A stretch of DNA of 64,000 bases from contig NC_043000.1 in the NCBI RefSeq assembly GCF_006345805.1, positions 25,978,001-26,042,000 of the forward strand, given 5' to 3'. This stretch comes from Octopus sinensis (taxonomy: Eukaryota). This document shows, in pieces, positions 53,406 through 64,000 of the stretch. The translations under genes were made by a program, and so were the position numbers. Below the pieces are notes generated by a model that did no database searches, was not told the DNA's origin, and worked only from the letters and a program-made list of their open reading frames with translations. Position 1 is the stretch's first letter. Each line of letters starts with the position of its first letter.

Positions 53406-53824
53406 AGAAAAAAGAACCACAGAAATGAAGTACATCTTGTTGGTCTACCAGTCAGGGTTGTTGCTATTTAACCCCAGGTCAACTGAGACAGAGTAGATCT
53501 GTGATCAAACGCATCTCGGCTATTGTCTTTTTGCTTTGTACAGTTGGGTGTGGCAGGAAAATCTCACGCATTGTGGCTGCTTTTTATAACCTGACCATGA
53601 CTCGGCCTATCGTGGTTGAGTCACTGATTTTTATATATGGGTGTGTAGGAAAAAGTGTGCTTTGCAGCCGTTTGGTTTGGGTTGTCAAGCGATGTTGGGG
53701 GGACAAACATATATATAGATCTGACTGGCCTGGTGCAGCATTCGGGCTCCCCAGACCACAGTTGAACCGTCCAACCCATGCTAGCATGGAAAGCGGACAT
53801 TAAATGATGATGATGATGATGATG

Positions 53825-53867
<43 letters not shown>

Positions 53868-54569
53868 ATGGGCTTCTTTCAGTTTCCATCTACCAAATCC
53901 ACTCACAAGGCTTTGGTCAGCCCGAGGCTATATAGTAGAAGGCACTTGCCCAAGGCGCCACGCAGTGGGACTGAAACCGGAAACATGTGGATGATAAGCA
54001 AGCTACTTACCACACAGCCACTCCTGTGCCTGTATATATATATATATAAAACCAAATGAATAACTATATACAATGGATGATTGACAATTATCCATCGTCT
54101 GTTGTTATTCATTTGAATACACCAAGGGATAACAATTCATTTGTTATACACCAAGGGGATTTACGACTTGTCAGGCACCCTAGGGTATACCAATAACGTA
54201 TTATTCAATGTAATGCATGCTTTGGACCAGCCTCTAGGTGCTAAATACTCATGGGGTTGGTTTTCTCTGCGTACACAACCAGAATATCCTATTTTATACT
54301 TACTAACCATAGGCCGGAACCAAAGTTTTTCCAACACTACCTGGCACATATCTTTTCAAGTACCTGATTCTTATCTGGATCCTTATTTTACTGTATATCT
54401 TGGGTTTTCAACCTACATACATATATATATATATATATTATATATATATATATATATATTATTAAAGTTTCAGCTCAGAGCTGCGGCCATGCTGATGCAC
54501 CGCCATTTATATATATATATATTATATATATATATAATATATATATATATATATACATATTAATAAATT

Positions 54570-54817
54570 AATTAATTAATAACGAAGGGTACTATTGGAA
54601 GCACCAGCATGCTGAAAATAGCAGTCAAGAATGACTGAAAACCACAAATTTCCACTTTCACATGATGGTGAAGTTGGGGGAATGAGCAAAAAATTTTTTG
54701 CTTGTTTCCTCAACTTCACTATAGTGTGAAAGTGAAAATTTATGGGTTTGAGTCATTGTTGACTGCAATTTTTAGCATGCTGGTGCTTCCAATTATTACC
54801 ATGTTATCAATTAATTA
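54570..54817. repeat. Imperfect palindromic (fold-back) element next to (TA)n
   Basis: ttggaagcaccagcatgctgaaaatagcagtcaa... is mirrored by ...ttgactgcaatttttagcatgctggtgcttccaa; centre ~54693. Confidence 0.7.
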
Positions 54818-55659
54818 TTTTTGTCTTTATGGTTTTTTTACACATGCTAGCCACTGATATTATTGTGAATTACGAACAATAATATCCTTATATATTTTTA
54901 TATATGTATGGCTTGACTGGCTGAAACTTCGAAGTCACTATCAATAATAAATTTGTACTCTACAAAAGTACAGAGCAACTCATCAGATTAATGTAAAATT
55001 GTTTTTATTATAACTGAACATAAAACAAACATATATATAAAATTGGTGACTCGCCCTCTCCCAAAGATAGCAGAAGATGAGATGATGGAACGATAGATTG
55101 GTGTTTAACCATAAAAAAAAAATGTCCTGTCTTAAAAACCATTCCAATATAGAATTTTGTCTCTCCATCCGTCTGCTATATTTGATGTCAGAGTCAGGAA
55201 ATGTTCTAAATGAAAATAAGATAAAATTAGACGGACAAAAAATTGTAAAATATAAAATGTACAGTGTTTCCGATGGTGGTGAGTAACGCTGGCTGATAAG
55301 AGAACACTCTTAGCTTATATCTTCTTTCCTAGTTTACGGAACTTTGGTACACAGGTACTTTTTAATATTGGTTTCAAATTCTGGAACATGGCCAGCAATT
55401 TCAATGGCGGGTAGTTAACTCGGTTACATCAACTCCAGTGCTCAGCTGCGGCTCAAAAAGATGAAAAGTACAGTCAATCCTGGTGGAATTTGAACTCAGA
55501 ACATAGAGATGGCCTCTAAGCATTTTGCCCAGCGTGCTAATGGTTCAACCAGCTTGCTGCCTTTGTTTGTGTTTTAATATTATTTTGGTTTTATTTCTAC
55601 AATTAAACTTTGTTGTGTGTATTCTCTGTGTAAACATCATGTTGTGTTTGTCTTTGCAG

Positions 55660-55821
55660 GTCTTGGACTGTTGCTCCTCATTGTAGTAATTGTTGGTTGG
55701 AAGTTCACCCCCCAGGGGCACGAACCACTTCATTTACTATTCGGTTTAGGAGATCACAGTTTACTCAACCAAGCCCGATCACATGGTATGCAGCGGACTC
55801 GAGAAGGCTATTGGCATGGAG
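55660..55821 (+). CDS. Internal coding exon (transmembrane segment) of a PPxY-motif membrane protein
   Basis: Acceptor tgtgtttgtctttgcag|G and donor G|gtaaag. The exon is 162 nt, phase 1/phase 1, and encodes (G)LGLLLLIVVIVGWKFTPQGHEPLHLLFGLG...GYWHG(G), a hydrophobic helix followed by WK. Its frame joins the 60790 exon exactly. Confidence 0.8.
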
Positions 55822-56914
55822 GTAAAGTTTTCAGTTCTTTTGATTAAAATATTAAATAAAATTGATGACTAACGGAGTTTTTTTGTTATTGTACACTTTA
55901 AGAAGTTTGCTTTGCAACTCAGAAGTGCTGGGTTCAGTCCCACTCTGTGGCCCCTTGGGCAAGTGTCTTTTATTGCCCTGGGTTTACCTATGCCTTGTGA
56001 GTGTATTTGTTACACGGAAATCGTGTGGAAGCCTGTTGTATGTATGTATGTATGTATGTGTGTGTGTTTGTCTCCCCCAGGATTGGTGTTGTTTTGTTTA
56101 CACTCCCATCATTTACATTGGTGTTAACAAAATAACACCTGTTGGTTCAGTGAAGGAGACTGATACAATAAATACCAGACTTGAAAAAAATATTTGTTCA
56201 ACTAAATCCATCAAGGTGGTGCTCAAGCATGGCCACAGTCGGTCAACTGAAAGAAGCAAGACAAATGTCGAGCTGCCAACCAAAAACCAGTTCTCATAAA
56301 AGAAGCTTGCTACTACTTTGTCAACCAAAAAGTTCTTTTCTACTCTTGGCACAAGGCCTGAAATATTTGGGGAAGGAGTGAGTCGATTACATCAACTCTA
56401 GTACGCAACTGGTACTTAATTTATTGACCCTGAAAGGATGAAAGGCAAAGTCAACCTCAGTGGAATTTGAACTCAGAATGTAGCGGCAGACGAAATACCA
56501 CTAAGCATTTCGCCTGGTGTGCAAACGATTCTGCCAGCTTGCCGCCCTATCAACCAAATAATTCTATTCCACATAATTGGTTTAAAATAATTTTGGAGTT
56601 AGAACTGCTACATACATAAAACCTGGAAAAAGGGGATGCAAGGCTGTGCTTGGACCAAAGTATTTGAGGCCCAGCTATGTATTAAAAAATGTGATGTTTA
56701 TAGTTGGCACAACTTTCTGCTGCAGTTTCTTTTGTTTTTGCGTTCAAGTTATTTTAAAATAAGATTTGTGTGTGTGTGTTATATATATACATTGGGTATT
56801 GTAGATGAGTTCAGCAAAAATTTAGATTCAGATGAATATGGTACTTAAGTTGAGGCACCAGAATTTAGTACGGTATTATCCATACAATTTCAAAGTAAGG
56901 TGATTAAAATCAAA

Positions 56915-57150
56915 ATAAGCAACAAGTATATCCAGAGGATATACCTCTGGATATCCTTGTTGCTTATATATATATACGTTTATGTATTTATTTTGCAAGA
57001 TTCTTGATGTGAACTTGTGTGTTGAAAGAGATATTGTTGTATTTGGGGATAGTCATGTTGCCAATTTAGTCAATGAAAACACAAGTACTATATATAGTGC
57101 ATGTGTTTTCATTGGCTAAATTGGCCACATGACCATCCCCAAATACAACA
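56915..57150. repeat. Two adjacent short palindromes
   Basis: ataagcaacaag...ccagagg-atata-cctctgg...cttgttgcttat (~56915-56968), and attgttgtatttggggat...tatatata...atccccaaatacaacaat (~57033-57152). Confidence 0.7.
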
Positions 57151-57544
57151 ATCATCATCATCATTGTTTAACGTCCGCTTTCCATGCTGGCATGGGTTGG
57201 ACGATTTGACTGAGGACTGGCACCAGGATGTGCTTTTAATGTCCCACATATATATACATGCACAGAATTTGAGGAAGCAGTATCCACGTAAGGGATTGTT
57301 AAAAACAATCCTGATACCAACTGTGTTTAACCAAATATTTTTATAGGAAGATCATCAATATACATGTGTATAAACAGTCTCATAAAATTAAAAGGTCAAT
57401 AAAAGAAAATGGAGAAAAAAAATTAAATAGATGCTTGGTTTGTTTTATTTGTATTATACTCTTATAGGAATTTTTTCATCTTTTAATTTGCATTACTTTT
57501 CTAATTGTAATACAAATAAAATGAACCAAACATCTTTTTAATTT

Positions 57545-57879
57545 TTCTTCTCCATTTTCATTTATTGAATGACCATGGGATTGCACCTAGAAAGTTCCCC
57601 TCCCAGGCACAAGTCCAGGCAAGGTCGTTTATGGAAGACCAGCAGTCGCCCATGCATACCAGCCTCTCCTCTCCTCGCCATCGATGTTATCCAAAGGAAA
57701 GACAAAGGCTGATACAGCTTGGCACCAGTGATGTCACAACTCATTTGAATAGATGAGAGGAACTAGAGCAATGTGAAATAAAGTGTCAAGAACACAATAC
57801 ACAGCCTGGTTCGGGAATCGAACTCACCACCTCATAATTGTGAGCCCAACGCTCTAACCACTGAGCCATGCACCTTCAC

Positions 57880-57880
<1 letters not shown>
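57545..57880 (-). mobile_element. Additional tRNA-derived SINE
   Basis: Minus-strand head gtgaaggtgcaTGGCTCAGTGGttagagcg...gaGTTCGATTCC. A similar head is at ~41878-41953. Confidence 0.7.
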
Positions 57881-57921
<41 letters not shown>

Positions 57922-59128
57922 CAAACATCTAACCACTAAGTGCGCGGCCTAGTGGTTAGGCTGTTGCACTCTTGATTACTAGAGTGTGGGTTCATTTCTT
58001 GGACTAGGTAGTGCATTGTGTTTGAAACGTTTCATTTCATGTTGGTCTGTAATCATTTCTACATCTGATGTGTGGCACACTCGTGCACCTGTACAGGCAA
58101 GGTTAACGTGACAGAGGGAATGAGCTAATGTACAGCACATACATTTGGCCATTACAAGCTCATCATTTGTGCAGGTTGTTTAGCAGAAACTGAACCCCTA
58201 TACATCATCATCATCAATGGGAGATGATTCAATCATGTTGCCAGTGACACCTGACTGGCTCCTGTGCCAGTGGCATGTAAAAAGCACCATTCAAGCGTGG
58301 TCGATGCCAATGCCACCTGACTGGCTCTCATGCCAGTGGCATGTAAAAAGCAGCCACTACACCCTCGGAGTGGTTGGCGTTAGGAAGGGCATCCAGCTGT
58401 AGAAACATTGCTAGATGAGATTGGAGCCTGGTGCTGCCTTCTGGCTTGCTAGCCCTCGGTCAAACCGTCCAACCCATGCCAGCATGGAAAGTGGATGTTG
58501 AATGACGACGATGATGATATATGTATCATCATCATTGTCATTTAACGTCCGCTTTCCATGCTGGCATGTGTTAGACGATTTTGACTGAGGACTGGTGAAT
58601 TAGATGGCTGTACAAGGCTCCTATCTGATCTGGCAAAGTTTCTACAGCTGGATGCCCTTCACATGCCACCGGCACATGTGCGGGTAAGGCAACGATGGCA
58701 ACGATCATGCTCGAATGGTGCTTTTTACATGCCCACCAGCACGGGAACCAATCCCTGGCCCTGGCAATGATCACACTTTGATGTGCTTATAACGTGCCAC
58801 TGGCACGAGTGCCAATAAGGTGGTACTGTCATCGGTCACGTCAGCGATTTTGATTGATAGATATATATATATATATATATAAAATCATTTTCTTGACATC
58901 CACTTTTCAATGCTTGCATGGGTTAGATGAGACTCTGTGGTGACAGAATTTTCTGTAGCTAGATGCCTTTCCTGATTCCAACTCTCACAATGTTTCTTAA
59001 CATGGTAATAATCACCCAGCTAACAGTGAACGGCCCAGACATGCCTTTGTGGAGGACAACACCATTATTAAGAACAGTAAGGCTTTTGTTTACTGTCAAC
59101 TCTCACACATCAAGACAAGAACAATATA

Positions 59129-59217
59129 CAGGGTGGACCAAATTTTTCTTTTCATTATTTCTTATTTTTTGCTTTTATTAAGCCTCCAAATGTGTCAGAT
59201 CATTTTGGTCCACCCTG
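59129..59217. mobile_element. Tiny Tc1/mariner-like MITE
   Basis: TA|cagggtggaccaaa...tttggtccaccctg|TA. Confidence 0.75.
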
Positions 59218-59832
59218 TACATTCAGTTACACACACACACACACATCTCCACCAACCAACCAGCCAACAATTCATTCATTCAAATAGTGTGTGTTTATTG
59301 ATGTTACAAAGTAATGTCTGTGCAAAGGTACCATTGCTGCAGCCATTCCATTTTCCTTTCTTTGCAATTTCAGGTTGAATTCTTCCATTTATTTGATTTG
59401 AACTTCAGAAAGCTACTGAGGTTGTGCGTCTCCCATCTATTTAATGTAAAATAGTTTTGATTCGGTGATAAAAGAAAGTTGAAAAAAGAAAAATGCAAAT
59501 CAACAAAGTATGTTACTTTGCTATGAGAAGGAATGATGTAATGTTTCATGCAGCTGTCCTTCACCAGGCAGGCACATTCCTCATGATATAAGCCCTTTTG
59601 ATACTGAGACTGCTCCTTGTTTTATGATACAATCTTCCTGCTTTCAAGCGATTTAAATTAAAGGCCTATCAAAATTCTGTGTTAATTTATGTTCCAAATA
59701 CCAGCTAAAAATAATGATAGTTATTTTCGTAAATTCTTCATTTACAGTTCTATATTTAAGAGATGAGGAATTATGTACATTATTTACATTATTTACATTT
59801 GACAGATATTTGTCCCCATCTTGTTTGTTGTT

Positions 59833-59878
59833 AACACAATGTTTCGGCTGATATACCCTCCAGCCTTCATCAGGTTTC
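59833..59878 (-). ncRNA. Minimal hammerhead ribozyme motif (mutated inverted copy)
   Basis: Reverse complement gaaacCTGATGAaggctg-gagggtatat-cagccGAAAcattgtgtt; substitutions in stem I and helix III. Confidence 0.6.
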
Positions 59879-60018
59879 TTGGGGATATTTCTAACCTGGT
59901 TTCTCATTCCTAAGGTATTTTTCGATATTATTATTCAGGTTACTGCCTGGAATCGAACTCAGAGTCTTGGGTTTAGTAGCCCTTGCTCTTAACCACTATG
60001 CCATATGCCCACAGGCAC

Positions 60019-60053
<35 letters not shown>

Positions 60054-60102
60054 TATCAAAAAATACCTTAGGAATGAGAACCCAGGTTTGAAATTTCCCC
60101 AA

Positions 60103-60148
60103 GACACCTGAAGAAGGCTGGAGGGTACATCAGCCGAAACGTTGTGTT
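60103..60148 (+). ncRNA. Minimal type-I hammerhead ribozyme motif
   Basis: Stem I GACAC/GUGUU; core CUGAAGA; stem II GGCUG/CAGCC; GAAA; palindromic AACGUU helix III with a GUU cleavage triplet. Confidence 0.75.
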
Positions 60149-60789
60149 AACAACAAACAAGATGACGACAAATATCTGTCAAATGTAAATAATGTAAAGA
60201 ATTCTTCATTTGTTTGTAAGTTAATTGAAACTAAGGCAGTGTATTTCAACAGAAATATGGTAGCAAAATGGTTAATGTGATCTGACTGAAATCTTTCCAT
60301 CAAAATTCTATGTTAATTTTTGTTGCAAATACCAGCTCAGGAATGACAAATTATTTTTCAAAATTAATTAAAACAAAGACAGTGCCGCCTGACTGGCCCC
60401 TGTGCTGGTGGCATGTAAAAAGCACCCAATACATTCTCGGAGTGGTTGGTGTTAGGAAGGGCATCCAGCTGTAAAAACCTTGCTAGATCAATTGGAGCCT
60501 GATGCAGCCATCTGGCTTGCCGGTCAAACTGACCAACCCATGCCAGCATGGAAAGCGGACATTATACGATGATGATGAAAGGCACTGTTTTTCCACAGAA
60601 ACATGGTAACAAGAAGCTTAATTGTTTTTCAGATTATGCTGTATTAATGAATTGATGTTTGTTGATGTAGAATGCCACCATCAGTCTGTTTGAAACTATA
60701 GTGATACCCTAGGAATAATGTGAATTTTGTCTCAGCCAAATTGCTTATTTGCATTGTTTCACTAATCTGCTGTCTGTCTGCAATTTCAG

Positions 60790-61667
60790 GAATCATGTAC
60801 CCTGAGTTTCAATATCGTCGACCACCACCTTCGTATGATGTGTCTATGCAAGAGTACCAACAGCAGCTACTACAACAGTACCAACAATCTATCAACAACA
60901 CCGATAATTACAGCCTACCAAGTTCTCCACCTCCCACCTATCGGTCACGGGCCAGCACCCTGCGACCGGGAGTTTATATGGTGTTCCCACCTAACCCAAA
61001 TGAAAGTTACCCAAATTCTTTACCTCCTACCTACAGGTCGCAAATGAGCGATGCCCATTCTCGGCCGTCACTGCCCTTGACTGAGTGTGACTCTGAGAGC
61101 TTTGCCATAGCAGACCTGTCGGACTTCCAGAACGATCCCATATCTAATGACACTTTAGAGTCCAATACAAACTCTATCAACACTGATAGTAACTTTAGCA
61201 CTATGAACCATTTCAGGCCCTACCCTGTGGACCATCATACGCCAGCGTATCGTCCTGAAATAGGGAACCTTACCATTGATACCACACCGTCAATGTATCC
61301 GGGACGCTCTCAAGGAACCATGACAGACCCCGAAGGATTGACACCCTGTTCGACCACTTTACCAGCAAGCTACAGAACTGATGTTCCGTGTGATATTCTT
61401 ACGAACACTCCCTCTTCCCCCCCGCCACTACCAGCACCTCCTGCTGCCGATGCCCTCAGCAGACCAGAGCTCTTGAGCGAGAGGACATTCGGTGCATCAA
61501 TTGCAGACTATTGTGAGAACAGCGGTGTTGCCATTAGCAACCCTATCAGTCGAAACTCTACTACTGAGCATGTCGATGCTTTGCCAAACTCCGCCACCCC
61601 TTCCTCTTCCTCCTCCTCCTCCCCCTCTTCTACTCAAATAAAAGCTACAGCTGAGACGTGTTTGTGA
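60790..61667 (+). CDS. Terminal coding exon: disordered cytoplasmic tail with PPxY motifs (WW-domain/Nedd4-adaptor-like membrane protein)
   Basis: Only long complex ORF in the window (60720-61667), with higher GC than the background. Acceptor tgcaatttcag|GA is phase 1. Encodes GIMYPEFQYRRPPPSY...SPPPTY...LPPTY... and ends at TGA 61665-61667. Confidence 0.88.
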
Positions 61668-63411
61668 CAGAGCTGAACCTTCAGTGTTTTCAGTTATACT
61701 TTGTTGACATTATCATTATTATTATTATTAATAATATAATTATTATTATTATTTCATTTTAACCTTTCTGTAAAAGAAAAACTCAAAAACAGAAGAAAAA
61801 GCAAAACTTTTATGTATTTTTTCATATATATATATGTATATATATATGTATCACACACACACAAACACTAATTGGCTGATTTGATCAAGAATAGGTGTCT
61901 CTTCTCTCTTTCTCGCCCTCTCTCTTTCACACCTCCTCATATATGTATACACACACATATATATATAATGAGTATGAGGATGCTTACACAAAGGTAGGTA
62001 GGCACCAGGTTAGTGCTCAGACAGTCTGAATTCTTAAAAATCCAGCTTCTCAACCAGAGTAAGGTTCTTCAAAGCTGAAGAGTTGGTGCAAAGAAAGCCT
62101 GAGCAAATGATAGATAATAAAGAGAGATGAACAAATGATCATAGATGTATGGAATATAGTTACAGGAGTTGTGGCATAATATTGTATGATACAATCAGAT
62201 CTTTACAGTTGTTTCGATGCATCTTGTGAATAGTGGATATTATTATGCATATTATGCAGTTAGGTATAAACATTATAAGACAATATTATTCAAAAGCAAA
62301 TATAATGCCAATATGCAAGAGCTATGCTATATAAATACCTTCATGCGTCAAACACAGTGCATCGTCTTCAGAAGGTGTGTGAAATACCATAAGTGCTTTT
62401 GAATAACGCCTTTTAATGCTTATGGCTAATCAAATAATATGCATCATGATATCCACTATTGACAGAGTTCCTCAAAACAGCTGTAAAGATCTGATTATAT
62501 CATGTAATATTATGTAGCATCTCATGTAACCATATTCTATATATCTATGATTGTTCATCTTTCTTTATTACACATACATCATAAATAAATATATATATGT
62601 ATATAAAATATATATCATTTTATGCACACACACATACACACGCATATGGGCGCTATTCCAAATCATGTGGTTATGTCCCTTGAAATATTGTCTATGAATA
62701 TATATTCTGCTGAATAACATTTTCTGTTTCTTTTCCTCGTAAAGGAAGTGGGAGTTTGGTAAATGGTATATTTATGTGTACACACACACACGTCTAATTT
62801 AGAGAGTGTTTCATAATGAGAACACCCCCACTTTACTTCAAGCAAAAATTCCTGAACAGTTTTAGATATGGGTTGAGGGTGGGGGGCAGTTGCAGAACTG
62901 GAACAAGGGCAGACTACTCTGGGCAATGCATTTATTGGGGTGGCACTTTTGCTGTATAAGTTTGTGTAGGGTGTATTGGCTGAGTGGGGATGGGGAAAGG
63001 AGAGGGGGTGGTGCAAACTCAAAGGGCTGCTCAGGGTGGCACATACCCTTTTAGCTATGCTGCTGAAGTGGGTTCAATAAGTGAAAATAAAATATATCAA
63101 TGGCTCACCCTCAGACTTGCCGTACCCAAAATGGTCTCTCTTCACTCATTGTTATTGATTAAGGGGCAGGAGAACCAAAATAATAATAATAATAATAATA
63201 ATTATTATTATTATTGCCTAAGGAAATAAAATATTTTAAAGGGAATAATGAATATGTAAATAAGATAAAGTGGCATGTTTTTGAATTAGTGTTGAATAAT
63301 CTTTCATTTTAAGTTATAAAGCTAAAAGAAAACTAAGAAAAAAAATATACACCAGACCTCCTTCTCCATTCCAAATAAAGTGTAAAAATATTTCAAATGA
63401 AATCATACTTA

Positions 63412-63457
<46 letters not shown>

Positions 63458-63523
63458 TTACAGTTGCTGTCAAGTTATTCAAGCATGTTGTATTGGTCAT
63501 GTGCTCTGAACATTCTTCTTGTT

Positions 63524-63576
<53 letters not shown>

Positions 63577-63585
63577 TATAAATAA

Positions 63586-63797
63586 AATTATAAATTAGGG
63601 TATCTACAAGATACCACCATGCTGAAAATAGCAGCCATGATCTGACTTTAAAACCACCTAAATTGTCCATAGATCAACACGGAGAGAAAACAAAGAGACA
63701 AGATGGATATATGGACAATTTAGGTGGTTTTAAAGTCAGATCATGGCTGCTATTTTCAGCATGGTGGTATCTCGTAGATATCCTAATTTATAATTTT
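63586..63797. repeat. Fold-back element with ~85-bp arms, next to (TA)n
   Basis: gataccaccatgctgaaaatagcagccatgatctgactttaaaaccacctaaattgtccata and its reverse complement at ~63709-63772. It shares catgctgaaaatagcag with the 54570 element. Confidence 0.75.
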
Positions 63798-64000
63798 AAT
63801 AATTATTACCTTTGAAGGTTATTTTTTCCATGCTGACCACTTGATAAAATCGTTATTTTATTTTTAAATTAACGATCTTATCCTTATTTATATAAATATA
63901 TATATATATATATAGGTTTGTGTGTGTGTGGGTATATATCTATAATTATATATACACACATACATGTACCATTATACCAAATATCATAATTTCTTTTGAC

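Larger units (their letters stand above)
59744..60199 (-). mobile_element. Non-autonomous Penelope-like element: tRNA-like head, hammerhead-bearing body and inverted partial copy
   Basis: 12-bp TSD aattcttcattt (59732-59743 / 60200-60211). Inverted arms of ~150 bp (~59785-59934 and ~60045-60197). Minus-strand A box TGGCATAGTGG and B box GTTCGATTCC at 59942-60010. A hammerhead core lies in each arm. Confidence 0.75.

Noticed and set aside
54110-54415. Non-repetitive segment between TA tracts with ORFs on both strands
   Set aside because: No domain recognised; likely a transposon fragment, and cannot be classified without a search.
57800-57880. tRNA-like sequences (also 41878-41953, 57940-58005, 59942-60010)
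   Set aside because: They have A and B boxes but no closing acceptor stem and continue into repeat bodies, so they are SINE heads rather than tRNA genes.
60720-60789. Hydrophobic N-terminus of the 315-aa ORF that resembles a signal peptide
   Set aside because: It starts at GTG and overlaps the acceptor region of the intron; the phase-matched splice to 55821 explains the ORF better.

Overview
AT-rich, microsatellite-dense animal genomic DNA. Its repeat landscape (three very abundant SINE families, (TA)n/(AAT)n/(CAT)n tracts) looks like an octopus or other coleoid cephalopod genome; this is inferred, not checked. The only host coding sequence I can support is the 3' end of a plus-strand gene: a 162-nt transmembrane exon (55660-55821) spliced in phase to a terminal exon (60790-61667) encoding a Pro/Ser/Thr-rich tail with three PPxY motifs. 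The rest is intronic or intergenic and packed with mobile DNA: SINEs, piggyBac-, hAT- and Tc1/mariner-like MITEs, two non-autonomous Helitrons, 3' fragments of Tx1/L1, R4/Dong and RTE LINEs, and a 5'-truncated 5S rRNA copy. The most striking signal is a set of short fold-back elements, mostly in (TA)n tracts, carrying minimal type-I hammerhead ribozyme motifs of the Penelope-like-element kind. One of them (59744-60199) also has a tRNA-like Pol III head and a 12-bp target-site duplication. Repeat coordinates were read by eye and are approximate to a few bases.
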